From Dehalococcoidia bacterium (GTDB lineage: Bacteria > Chloroflexota > Dehalococcoidia > Lucifugimonadales > UBA3495), in contig OY764869.1 of NCBI GenBank assembly GCA_963668585.1, positions 1,397,292 to 1,461,291 of the forward strand: DNA of 64,000 nucleotides. Reading direction: 5' to 3'. A program made the position numbers and the translations under genes. The notes below the pieces were generated by a model, which saw only the letters and a list, made by a program, of their open reading frames with translations, made no database searches and was not told where the DNA came from. Shown in pieces: positions 45,766 to 55,646 of the stretch (position 1 is the stretch's first letter; each line of letters begins with the position of its first letter).

Positions 45766-48700
45766 TTAGTTGTTCAGCCCTGGAACGGTGATCTCCAGCT
45801 GTTCGGTGAGCTTACGGCCGTCTGAGGCGCAGATTGCTCCCTCGTCCTGGCAGTCCGTGGTGGGCGGCAGGACAATGGTGACGGCGTCGTTGCCGTCCGG
45901 CGTGATGCTGATCTCCCACCTGACGTTGTTCATGGCGCTGTTGGGCTCCAGCCGCCGTGCTTTCACTACTTCGCCTGCTGTGACCGTGAAGGCGTGGTCT
46001 CGCAGGGTGACGTAGTTGATCGGGATCTGCTCGCTGAACCGCAGCTCGAAGGTGAACGTGGTGCCATCATGGGACTCAGGCACCTCATGTTCGGTGGCCG
46101 TGAGCGGAGTTGCCGCCACGACGGTGGCGGTGGCCCCGCTGTTCAGCGTCTCGTCGTTGCCGGCGTTGTCGGTGAAGGACACCCTGACCTTGATGGTGTT
46201 GCCGGCGTCGGCTTCCGCCAGGGTGTAGCTGCGGCCGGTCGCGCCGGTGATCGCGGTATCGGAGCTGCCGTCGTTGGTGAGCCACTGGTAGGTGAACGTG
46301 TCGTTGTTGATGCCGTTGCCGTCGCTAATGCTCGAGGTGTCGGCCGTCAGGATCTGACCCACGCGGGCGTTGCCCTGGATGGCGGGCGCTCCGGTGGGCG
46401 CATCGTTCCGCCGAGGTACGCTTACGGTGAGGTCACCGGAGAGCTTCCGTCCATCGGCGGTGCAGATGGCGCCCTGGGCCTCGCAGTCCGTGGTGGCGGG
46501 CAGCGTGAGGGTTGCCGTGGCGTTGCCGTTCGGTGCAACGTGGACGGTCCACCGCTGGTTGTCGTTGCTGACCAGCCGGTTGGCTTTGACCACGTCGCCG
46601 CCGGTGACCGTGAAGGCGTGGTCTCGCAGCGTGGCGTAGCTCAGCGCGACGTGCTCGCCGAACCACAGCTCAAAGGTGAAGGTTTGACTTCCGTCGTGCG
46701 ACGTTGGCACTTCGTGGGTGGTGGCTGTCAGCATGGCCGGGGTATTGTTGGTTACGCTCTGATTGGCGAAGGATGCGGCGGCGTTGCCGGCGAGGTCCTG
46801 GAGCCGTGTTGCGGACTCGTCGGTTGGGGCGGTGTAGTCCACCGTCACCACGTTGCCGGCTATTACCGGCGTTGCCAGGGTTAGGGATGCGGCGGCTCCC
46901 GAAAGTGTGACCATCTCGACGGCCCGATTGCTGCCCGCGGCGGTCACGTAAAAGGCTGACGTACCCGGCGCAGCGTTCTCTTGCAGGGTTTCGTTGAAGG
47001 TGATGGTGAGTTCGGCGCCGTCCACTGAGGCGGACGTGACAGATGGGGGCGTGGTCTCCCGCGGTGTGGCGGTTACCTCTCCGGAGGGTTCTCCGTCGCC
47101 GCTGTCGTTGGTGGCCACGACGCGCACGGTGTATTCCACACCGTCCATCAATCCATCGATGACGTATGAGGTCTTGGTCGCGTCTGCCTGGGACACATCT
47201 TCCGTGGGGTCCCAATCGTTTGATGCGCTCTTCCACTGGATGGTGTATCCGGTGGGAGCTGTGCCTGCGGCCGGCGCCGTCCAGGTGGCGCTCAGTTTGC
47301 CGCTGCTGTGCGGGACGACCTGCAGATGCGTGGGGGCTTCGGGGACATCTCCCTCGCTGGACCCCTCATCCCGGGACGAATTACCGGCCGAGCCGTCGCC
47401 AGTTTGGTTGGTGACTGTCTGGTCAGTGAAGGATGCAGCGACGTTGCTGGCCGCGTCCTGCACGGGGTTGCTGCTGGGCGCGGTATAGCTCACGGTGACG
47501 GTGTCGTCGCTGGTGGCCGTGCTGACCAACGTGAGGTTCACCGTGCTGCCGTTGATGACTACTGTGGAAGGACTGGCTACCGAGTTGCTGCCCACGGTCA
47601 CCGAGTAGGCGCTCTGTGCCGGCGTGGAGTCGGTATCGAGGTCCTCGTTGTAGGCCAGCGCCAGCGACGCTCCGTTCACTGTCGCCGCCTCGAGCGCTGG
47701 CGCGGTGGTGTCCGGCGTATTGTTGGTCACCACCTGCCTGCTGAAGGAGGTCGCGGCGTTGCCCGCCGCATCCTGCACCCTGCCCACCCCTTCGCCCGTG
47801 GAGGCTGTGTAGTCAACCGTGACAATGTCCCGCGCCTCCACCGGCGGCGACAGCATCAGCAGCACCTGGGATCCGCCAATGCCGCCACCCAAGACCGTGT
47901 GGGGAGCGCTGTTGACGCTCACCGTGAAGGCACTGAACAACAGCGTGGCGCTGCTGTCCAGCGTTTCACTGTAGGTCAACTCCAGTGTGCCTCCGTTCAC
48001 GGTGGCCAACTGTAGCTGAGGAGCGATGTCATCGGACGGGGGAGTCCACTGAACACCGGCGCCCTGGTGGGCGGTGTCGGCAACGTGTCCGGCTGCGTTG
48101 CGGATGGTCCCGCCGTTCGGGACCAGGGAGTTGGGATTGATCAGAAGCGAACTGTGTTCCCCATCCGTTGCGACGAGGGTATAGTCGAAGACCAACTGGT
48201 CGGTGCCGCTGCCGCGCAGGTAGTGGGCGGACCTGGCCGCCGTCATGCCCAGCAGGACCGGAACCGAAGGTGTCCCGCCGGACGTGTCGACGTTGACCGC
48301 CTGGCTGAAGGTGAACGTGACCTCGACCGTTTCACCCGCGCCGAAGACCCCGTCCGCGCCCGGCTCGCCAAAGGTGGGCGCTCCGATGATCCCGGTCGCC
48401 TCGGCGTGGCCCTCTGACGTGGACGGCATCGTGCCCTCTTCGTTGGAGCGGTAGGTGCGGTGTCCCAGGATAGCCGCGTCGCCGGTCGCCACGCTGGAGA
48501 TGCTGCCGGACGGCGCCAGGGAATTGCTCGGATCGCGCAGGGCAAGCGAGTCCCGCGAGAGGCGAATCTGGTCGAAGGAGATTTCGCCGTCGACCTGCCC
48601 CAGTGTGTGGGTGAACACCATCCGCTCGGTACCGGAGCCGGTGGGGTGATAGAGCAGGGAGGCTTGCCCGCCGTAGAAGAGGGCCACGCGCGGAAAACCG

Positions 48701-51700
48701 CTTGGATTGGTGTCGACCGTCACGGCTTCGCTCCAGACCAGGGTCACCGTCACCGTGTCGTCCGCGGCATACCTTCCGTCCTCGCCGTCGGGCTGGCTGA
48801 ACTCGGCGTTCACTATCCAGGGCCCGGTGGTCTTCAGGCAACGCAGCCCCACGTCCTCCGCGTGCTGGCAGTTGTGCTTCCCCACTGGGCTGGAGCGACA
48901 GTCCAGTAAGTGCGACTCGCCGCCGTCGCAACTCAGGTCGTCCAGCCAGATCGGTTGGTCCCTATCGCCCGGCGGAAAGATCCCGCTGCCGAAGCGGCCG
49001 CTGTTCACCGAACCGTCCGGGAAGCCCAGCGCCCGGCAGGCCGTGTCCGCATCCTCTGTGCTCCAAAAGTCGTCGCAGATCGTCCCCCATTCGCCTTTGT
49101 AGTAAATCTCCAGGCGGCCCTCGCAGGGTTCCTCGTCATCGGCAATTGGCGGTCCGTCAACGAGTCGGAGGTCTCCGGTATTGTCGTCTACCGTAACCGG
49201 CAGCGCCTCCATCATCGCCTCGTATTCGCCGCCCGATGCGTTATGGGACAGGGTTTCCAGGTCGTCCTCGCGGTTGCCGTCGTGTGCCGCGGCGACGGTC
49301 AGGGTCTGCAAGGTGTTCCAGTTGGCGGCTGAGAAGTTCAGGGTGTCGTTGAGCAGGCTGGATCCGGTCAGGGTCAGGTCGGTGCCGCTGTGCCCGGTGA
49401 TGTTCAGGGCGACCGCCGCGGTGGGCTCGGTGGCCAGCTTGACGCCGTAGTCGGCCGTGCCGCTCTCGGGCACCGTCAGCTCGAGCGGCTGGAGAATGAT
49501 GCCCAGCGGGTCATTGTCGTTGACGGTGACCGTCAGGTCGGCGTCAACGCCATCGTATTCTGCCCCCACCGCCATGTGGGCCAGCGTCTCGGAGTCGGCC
49601 ACGCCGTCATCGTCGTGAGCCGTTTCGACGGTCACCGTCTGGGGCATGTTCCAGTTGAGCGAGGTGAACGTGAGGACGTCATTGGTCAGCCTGTTGCTCA
49701 CCAGTTCCAGGTCGGTGCCGGTGTGGCCGGTGATCGTGACGCTCACGTTCACCGTCGGCTCCGTCGCGAGGGCGACCGTGTAGCCGACGCTGTCTTCTTC
49801 CTCCACCGTCAACGAGGTGGGGCTGAAGAGGATATCCGCCGTGTCGTCGTCGGTGATGGAGACGGTGGTATCACCTTGCGTCCCGGCGCTGACCCGGGGG
49901 TCCGGCATGGTCCCGAATCCCAGAGTCACTTTCTCGTTGTCGTCGTCGATCAGGTCCTGGGTGACCTCGATGGTGAAGGTCTTGGAGCCAGTATCTCCGT
50001 CATTGAAGGTGACGCTGGGCATCACGGTGTAGTCGGCGGCGCTGGCCGTGCCCTGGGGCGTGGCCGTGATGGGGATGATGATGGTGCGCTCAGGGTCCGC
50101 GCTCACGCTCACGGAGACCTGCTGCGTGGCGCCTTCGGCCGCGGTATAGGCAGCCTGGGCGAACGACACCGTCACGGTGGGGTGGTCGTCGTCGCCGATG
50201 GTCAGCGTCGTTTCATTCGCGGTGCCAGGGGTTATCCGCTCGGGAAGGCTGGTTCCGAACCCCAGCTTGACGCTCTCGTCGTCGTCGTCGGCATCGTCGT
50301 CCTCCGCTTCAAAGGTTATGGTTTTCTCGGTCTCGTCCGCGGCGAAGGGCACGCTGGTGGGCACGGTATAGTCGGCGGAGGTGGCGCCGTCCTGTCCCGT
50401 GGCCGTGATGGGGATGGTCACCTCGCGCTCGGGCGCCGCGCTCAGCCTGACGGTCACGTTGACGGTGTCTCCTTCGGCGACCGTATAGTCGCTTTGGGGG
50501 AACTGGACCGTCACGTGCGGATGGTCGTCATCGGCGATGTTCACCGTGGTCTCACCGGTGGCGCCGACCAGGAGGCGGTCCGAGAGGTCGGATCCGAATG
50601 CCAGAACCACCTTCTCCCCGTCGTCGTCAAGGTCATCCTGGAGGGCAGTGAAATCGACGGTGGCCTCCGTGTCGCCGGCGGCAACCGTCAAGGTATCCGA
50701 TGTCAGAGAGTAGTCCTGGTCGCTGGCGCCGTCCTGGTTGGTCGCGGCGATGGGTATCTCGACGGAGTCCGGCAACGGACCACCCAGTGATACGGTGATA
50801 CCGACGTCATCTCCCTCGCCCACCGTGTGGGAGTCGCTCCCGAACTGCAACGACACAGGAAGCATGTCAATGGCAACCCGCACGGTGCTTCCTGAGGACA
50901 AGCTGAGACTGGAGTTGCTCCAGGTGACGGAGTTTCCGGCAGCATCGAAGGTGCCGTCCGACAGACGGAAATCCTGAGTCCCCACCCGCAGCCTGGTGTT
51001 CTGCAGCAGGCCCGGGTCCGGTTGCCGGTCCAGCACGAGTTTCAACTGGTTGCCGTCCCGTACAGTCAGTTGATCGACCACGTAGGCGGAGCCGCTGCGG
51101 CGCACCACCCGGTTGGACAGTGATCCCTGTAACGTTTCGCCCGGCCCCGGGTCGCGGAAGCCCAGGATCTGCGGCCCCCCGGCCGTGGCCGCTTCCAGGT
51201 CGGCGCACCAGAATCGGAAGCAGCCGACGGTCCTCCCGTCAACCTTGTGGCTGTTGCCCGCGTCCTGGCTGCTGTGGGTCAGGATGAGGGGGCGATTGTT
51301 GGCTGCGGTCCTGATGTTGCTGCTCCCGCTGGAGCCCAGGCTGTTGGCGCCGATGTTGAATCCGTTTTCGGTGTCCACGTCCGTGCTTTGCACGACGTAA
51401 CTGTACAGCAGCGTATTGGTGCCGCTTCCCGAGATGTATTCGGCGCGGCGTGCCTGATCTCCCAAGTTTAGCCGCGCCGTACCGCTAACGTGAACTACTT
51501 CCGCGGTGAACCTGTACTCGATCTCCAGGTTTTCACCGCCCTTGTAGGTATCCCCGTCCAGGGGCTGGGAAACCACCACCACGCTGTCAAGTTCCTCAGT
51601 TTCATCTGCGAAGACCTGCATTTTCAGGGAGTTTGCGGAATAATCATCGTCAGAATTGATGTCCTCGGTGTGGTTGCCCAAGCTCCATCCGGTAGCGGCC

Positions 51701-52662
51701 TCGGGATCCTCACTGTCGCTGGTGGCCAGTTCTACTTTCCCGTTTCCACCCGCTATTCCAACTACGACCCAATAGGTCGTGTTGGCAGCGAGGAATAGTC
51801 CATCGGAACTGTAGTCGATTTGCGCGATGTCGCCGGTGCTGACGGTTCCATTGGCGGTCAGAGCCTCGATGGTCGTTCCGATTGTGTTTCCCGATGCGTT
51901 GTTCCTGATGCTGACGCCGACCCAAGCGCCAGATTCTCTGGTCATGAGGAGCCGAACCTTGTTCAGCACGTATTTCGTGCTGCCTGTGGTGAAAGACGTT
52001 CCGATGACCCGAGCTTCCGCCAAGTTCGACGACTGCTCTCCCCGCGCCCGGTTGCTGACCGCCAGTTTGTCGGCAGGCGCGGAAGTGGCGAAAACCGTCA
52101 TGCTGATGGAGTGGGTACTAACGAAGTTCCCATCACGGTCCCTGGTGTCGTCGCCGATGGTCCAGTGTCTAAGCCCATCTTGGTCATCGTTTATGTCCGC
52201 TACACGAATCTTGGCCGTTCCGCCAAACGCTGACACCGCCACCCAATACGTCGTGAACGGCTCCAGGTAGGTGGTACCGTCCGGAGTGTAATTAGCGAAT
52301 TGCCGCGCGCCAAGTGTGCCAGCGTCGCCCGACATTCTCGCGTAGGTACTTCCCGGCTTGCCCGCGTTATCATGCAGGATGACCATACCGACTTGCGCAC
52401 TATCATCTGAACTCAATGTTACCCGGACACGATCCAGTTGGTGGCGAACGTTGGCGGTGGTGAATTTGGTTACCCTCCAATTAGTTTCGGGCCACTGGAT
52501 ACGGACGCCGCCGGATTGGGCAGTATTCTCCACTACGACGGTTGACTGCTGGGCGTGGCTTTCATCGCCGTTTCCGAGCATCAATAACGCCACCAGCACA
52601 GCGAACATGAGCATCATCGTCGGAGTGCGGCGGCGCCTCGGGCCGAGACGTCTCAAGGACAT
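45766..52662 (-). CDS. giant secreted multidomain protein, 2298 aa (beta-sandwich modules, Calx-beta repeats, SRCR, Ig-like/FN3 modules)
   Basis: Signal peptide MSLRRLGPRRRRTPTMMLMFAVLVALLMLG. Calx-beta-like repeats (V.F....Y.V.EGD...V.V.LS...). SRCR block. C-terminal modules shared with 25602-30962. Confidence 0.9.
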   Translation of the reverse strand: MSLRRLGPRRRRTPTMMLMFAVLVALLMLGNGDESHAQQSTVVVENTAQSGGVRIQWPETNWRVTKFTTANVRHQLDRVRVTLSSDDSAQVGMVILHDNAGKPGSTYARMSGDAGTLGARQFANYTPDGTTYLEPFTTYWVAVSAFGGTAKIRVADINDDQDGLRHWTIGDDTRDRDGNFVSTHSISMTVFATSAPADKLAVSNRARGEQSSNLAEARVIGTSFTTGSTKYVLNKVRLLMTRESGAWVGVSIRNNASGNTIGTTIEALTANGTVSTGDIAQIDYSSDGLFLAANTTYWVVVGIAGGNGKVELATSDSEDPEAATGWSLGNHTEDINSDDDYSANSLKMQVFADETEELDSVVVVSQPLDGDTYKGGENLEIEYRFTAEVVHVSGTARLNLGDQARRAEYISGSGTNTLLYSYVVQSTDVDTENGFNIGANSLGSSGSSNIRTAANNRPLILTHSSQDAGNSHKVDGRTVGCFRFWCADLEAATAGGPQILGFRDPGPGETLQGSLSNRVVRRSGSAYVVDQLTVRDGNQLKLVLDRQPDPGLLQNTRLRVGTQDFRLSDGTFDAAGNSVTWSNSSLSLSSGSTVRVAIDMLPVSLQFGSDSHTVGEGDDVGITVSLGGPLPDSVEIPIAATNQDGASDQDYSLTSDTLTVAAGDTEATVDFTALQDDLDDDGEKVVLAFGSDLSDRLLVGATGETTVNIADDDHPHVTVQFPQSDYTVAEGDTVNVTVRLSAAPEREVTIPITATGQDGATSADYTVPTSVPFAADETEKTITFEAEDDDADDDDESVKLGFGTSLPERITPGTANETTLTIGDDDHPTVTVSFAQAAYTAAEGATQQVSVSVSADPERTIIIPITATPQGTASAADYTVMPSVTFNDGDTGSKTFTIEVTQDLIDDDNEKVTLGFGTMPDPRVSAGTQGDTTVSITDDDTADILFSPTSLTVEEEDSVGYTVALATEPTVNVSVTITGHTGTDLELVSNRLTNDVLTFTSLNWNMPQTVTVETAHDDDGVADSETLAHMAVGAEYDGVDADLTVTVNDNDPLGIILQPLELTVPESGTADYGVKLATEPTAAVALNITGHSGTDLTLTGSSLLNDTLNFSAANWNTLQTLTVAAAHDGNREDDLETLSHNASGGEYEAMMEALPVTVDDNTGDLRLVDGPPIADDEEPCEGRLEIYYKGEWGTICDDFWSTEDADTACRALGFPDGSVNSGRFGSGIFPPGDRDQPIWLDDLSCDGGESHLLDCRSSPVGKHNCQHAEDVGLRCLKTTGPWIVNAEFSQPDGEDGRYAADDTVTVTLVWSEAVTVDTNPSGFPRVALFYGGQASLLYHPTGSGTERMVFTHTLGQVDGEISFDQIRLSRDSLALRDPSNSLAPSGSISSVATGDAAILGHRTYRSNEEGTMPSTSEGHAEATGIIGAPTFGEPGADGVFGAGETVEVTFTFSQAVNVDTSGGTPSVPVLLGMTAARSAHYLRGSGTDQLVFDYTLVATDGEHSSLLINPNSLVPNGGTIRNAAGHVADTAHQGAGVQWTPPSDDIAPQLQLATVNGGTLELTYSETLDSSATLLFSAFTVSVNSAPHTVLGGGIGGSQVLLMLSPPVEARDIVTVDYTASTGEGVGRVQDAAGNAATSFSRQVVTNNTPDTTAPALEAATVNGASLALAYNEDLDTDSTPAQSAYSVTVGSNSVASPSTVVINGSTVNLTLVSTATSDDTVTVSYTAPSSNPVQDAASNVAASFTDQTVTNQTGDGSAGNSSRDEGSSEGDVPEAPTHLQVVPHSSGKLSATWTAPAAGTAPTGYTIQWKSASNDWDPTEDVSQADATKTSYVIDGLMDGVEYTVRVVATNDSGDGEPSGEVTATPRETTPPSVTSASVDGAELTITFNETLQENAAPGTSAFYVTAAGSNRAVEMVTLSGAAASLTLATPVIAGNVVTVDYTAPTDESATRLQDLAGNAAASFANQSVTNNTPAMLTATTHEVPTSHDGSQTFTFELWFGEHVALSYATLRDHAFTVTGGDVVKANRLVSNDNQRWTVHVAPNGNATATLTLPATTDCEAQGAICTADGRKLSGDLTVSVPRRNDAPTGAPAIQGNARVGQILTADTSSISDGNGINNDTFTYQWLTNDGSSDTAITGATGRSYTLAEADAGNTIKVRVSFTDNAGNDETLNSGATATVVAATPLTATEHEVPESHDGTTFTFELRFSEQIPINYVTLRDHAFTVTAGEVVKARRLEPNSAMNNVRWEISITPDGNDAVTIVLPPTTDCQDEGAICASDGRKLTEQLEITVPGLNN

Positions 52663-52934
52663 CTTCTTGACCCCCGCTCCACTACCGACTGTGCCCGAAG
52701 CGCCGGACCACGCAGCCTGGCACCACACCCGAGGCCCGTAAACCGGCGATGATGCTCCGTGACAAGCAGGCTCTGGCCTCGGGATACCCCCAGGGTGAAG
52801 CCAGCTTGGATGACCGGAGAACAGTACCGCCGGCATCGCCGGCAACACTGACTGTGAGCAGGTAGCAGGTCTACCCTTCTACCCGCTTGCCTCAAATGAT
52901 CGGAGCACGCCATCAAACTGTCTCGGGTAGCGGG

Positions 52935-53375
52935 TTACACCTGCAACCCGTTTGCCGCAGGAGCCGTATGACCCACGTGCAGGTTCCATAGCCGAATGCC
53001 GGCCACCACCATCAGGATGGGCAGTGCCGCCCCCAGCACGGACCAGAACTGTCCGTCCGGCACATTGCCTGGCGAGAGCGAAAGCGCCCAGTTCCAGTAG
53101 TAGATGATGCCCGCAGCCACCACCCCATAGAAGACCGTGTTGACTTCGAGATACCGCTTCAGGTCAGAAGACCCTTCGCCGTCCATCCTGCGCTTGCCAG
53201 CGTAGCTCGCCACCACCGTGATGAGCACCGCAGGCGCGATGAACCAGTTCATGTAGCGCCACAACGTGAACGGCGCATCACCCGCGTGATAAAACGGTGT
53301 GACAATGAAATGGATGGCAACGGCAATGCCGACCAGCACCACGTAAGCCGCCGCAACGCGAAGGACGTAAGACAT
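52935..53375 (-). CDS. small integral membrane protein (~4 TM)
   Basis: Hydrophobic segments in MSYVLRVAAAYVVLVGIAVAIHFIV... No family recognised. Confidence 0.55.
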   Translation of the reverse strand: MSYVLRVAAAYVVLVGIAVAIHFIVTPFYHAGDAPFTLWRYMNWFIAPAVLITVVASYAGKRRMDGEGSSDLKRYLEVNTVFYGVVAAGIIYYWNWALSLSPGNVPDGQFWSVLGAALPILMVVAGIRLWNLHVGHTAPAANGLQV

Positions 53376-53667
53376 GACGCTCCTCTTATCCCCGTGAACC
53401 TCTACACAGTTATTGAGTTCGCGCAGCAACACCAACGACCGACACACCCTCACCCGGTGACGCCGCACGAACCGCTCACCTCATCCACGTTATCCCGTGG
53501 ATGACATCGACCCACCGACCGGTCGGGCGAGCCCATGCCCACGTCTTATTTGACGTACAACGTTCAGGTTAGACCACCGATGTGAAATGGCCGTGAATTA
53601 TCGGGTAGATATTGTGCGGATTTCGTGCAGATTCATCCCGGCTACAACAAACCAGCCCGACATTTTG

Positions 53668-54402
53668 ATGACAGCAGCCCATGGCGGGCGGCGCTCAGGC
53701 ACCAATAAACTGGAGGCATCCCCAACGACCAACGCCGAGAGCCCCCACATGCCCGCTGCTCAACGCGCCTTCCCCTACATCTGGACGACCTGGCTTCCCC
53801 GCCTACTCACCGGTGAGAACTCCTGCGAGTGGGCGATCTGGTTCAAAGCCCACTACGTCGAATGGACACGGCAACCCTCCGACTTCGATCAGGCCGAGTG
53901 GCTCATGCGCCACACGGCGCTGCTGAACCAGCAACGCCAAGAATGGCTCGACCGTGGCTACGCCGTCCACATCGAGGGTCAGAATGCCTTCCAGCTGCGC
54001 GGGAAGGCAGCCACACTGGCCGGCCGCCCCGACCTCGTGGTGCTCGCCGACCGAGACGCCACCATCATCGACGTCAAGACCGGTCGAGAACAGCCTTGGC
54101 ACCGCGTACAGGTCATGATCTACCAGTACGCTCTACCTCTGGCCCTGCCGCAGTACCGGGACGTCAGGATCGGCGGCGAGGTCATATACCCTACGCGCAC
54201 GGTGCGAGTCCCGAGGGGAGCGCTACCCAACCAGTTCATCGAGGATCTAGGCGCCCTGATCCGGCGGCTGGCGGCCGACGTCCCGCCCCAGCGGGTGCCG
54301 AGCGCACAGGAGTGCCGGTTCTGCGACATCACGGCCGGCGATTGTCCGGACCGGGTTGAAGCGAACCGAGACACACCAGAGGGAACGACGGCGGACTTCT
54401 GA
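53668..54402 (+). CDS. Cas4-like PD-(D/E)XK nuclease with a 4-Cys cluster; the only intact paralog (alternative start at 53749)
   Basis: ENSCEW...; RPDLVVLADRDATIIDVKTG; QVMIYQY; CRFCDITAGDCP (C...CxxCx6C). Confidence 0.8.
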   Translation: MTAAHGGRRSGTNKLEASPTTNAESPHMPAAQRAFPYIWTTWLPRLLTGENSCEWAIWFKAHYVEWTRQPSDFDQAEWLMRHTALLNQQRQEWLDRGYAVHIEGQNAFQLRGKAATLAGRPDLVVLADRDATIIDVKTGREQPWHRVQVMIYQYALPLALPQYRDVRIGGEVIYPTRTVRVPRGALPNQFIEDLGALIRRLAADVPPQRVPSAQECRFCDITAGDCPDRVEANRDTPEGTTADF

Positions 54403-54495
54403 GCGTCCGGCGGCGCTGGACGACGATCAGGTTTGACCGGGCGGAACCGGGCAGATAGCATCAATCCAAAGACCAGTTGGCAGGAGGCTCACGAC

Positions 54496-54786
54496 ATGAC
54501 CACCAGCGCGGACATTCTCAAAGAGGCCGCCCGGATCGTACGCACGGAACTGCCCAAACACCTGTCCGGCGAGTTCGCCATCAACGGCGTCGAGGCGGAG
54601 AGTCTGCCCAGCCCGGACGACGAAGATTACATCCACGTCAACGTGATCCTCGAGGACAACCATCCAGAGCTGGACGCCCGCGAATTGCTGGACTTCAAGC
54701 AGGCCATCAGGCCGATGTTCGAGGGGGCCGGCGTCGAGCCGATACCCGCCATCTCGTTCTCGAACCGGAGTGAGCTGGCCAGATGA
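54496..54786 (+). CDS. small protein, possible antitoxin partner of the following gene
   Basis: AGGAGG RBS. ATGA stop/start overlap with 54783. Confidence 0.4.
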   Translation: MTTSADILKEAARIVRTELPKHLSGEFAINGVEAESLPSPDDEDYIHVNVILEDNHPELDARELLDFKQAIRPMFEGAGVEPIPAISFSNRSELAR

Positions 54787-55289
54787 CCCAGCCCGGAAGT
54801 GTGATGCCACGCGCAATCTTTTGGCGAAACCTCATCTTCGCAGGCCGGGACCTGCTCAACCCACAGCGGAACGGCGAGCCACCGACGGACGAGCATGTCA
54901 GGCGCGCCATCAGCAGCGGCTACTACGGACTGTTCCACGCCCTGGCCTCCAGCAACGCGGACGTGCTGATTGGAACACCACACGACCCAATTACTGCGGC
55001 GGCATGGACTCGGGTTTACCGAGGAATCGACCACGGTCCGGCCCGACAAGAGCTACGGCAGCACCGACAGGAATTCTCGACGGGAGCGCAAAACTTCGCG
55101 GACCTCTTCGGCGAATTGCAAGATAGGCGCAACTCAACGGATTATGACCCAGGCGCGGTTCTGACCGGTCATCAGGCTACCGTCTGGCTCGCCATGGCAG
55201 AATTCGTGTGCATCGACTATCTGCAAGTAGACCGCGATGAACGAGCCTACATCGCGAGCCTGACGGTGACGCGAGGACGGCGATCATGA
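54783..55289 (+). CDS. HEPN-like domain protein (tentative)
   Basis: RRAISSGYYGLFHALAS and LQDRRNSTDYD resemble HEPN helices and motif. Confidence 0.45.
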   Translation: MTQPGSVMPRAIFWRNLIFAGRDLLNPQRNGEPPTDEHVRRAISSGYYGLFHALASSNADVLIGTPHDPITAAAWTRVYRGIDHGPARQELRQHRQEFSTGAQNFADLFGELQDRRNSTDYDPGAVLTGHQATVWLAMAEFVCIDYLQVDRDERAYIASLTVTRGRRS

Positions 55290-55646
55290 TGACGCCACCG
55301 TGGACGCGAACGGAGTAATGGCGTTCCCGACTGGTGACAATGGGCGATAGCGCGAGAGATACGCCGCGTACCCGGGCACCAAAAGCCCAGCGGCGCCCCT
55401 ATGGGACACCACGGCCGCAAGACCGTCCGGACCGCCCGAACACGGCGCCACGAAACAGCTGGGGATTGGCGAGGACTGCGTACTCGACAGGGCCTTCAGA
55501 GCGCCCAGGACGGCGTCGCAGGCTAGAACCCACCCACTGCGTCGGCGAACCGCCCGACATGGCAGCGATGGCGCGCTGAGCGGCCCGTCAGCACGAATGG
55601 AGCGCAGGAGCCGGCCAGCAACACAAACTCACGGCCGAACAGGAGA

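Noticed and set aside
49390-50790. 466-aa plus-strand ORF inside the giant minus-strand gene
   Set aside because: It is antisense to the Calx-beta repeats, with a repetitive G/V/D/R composition and no independent signals.
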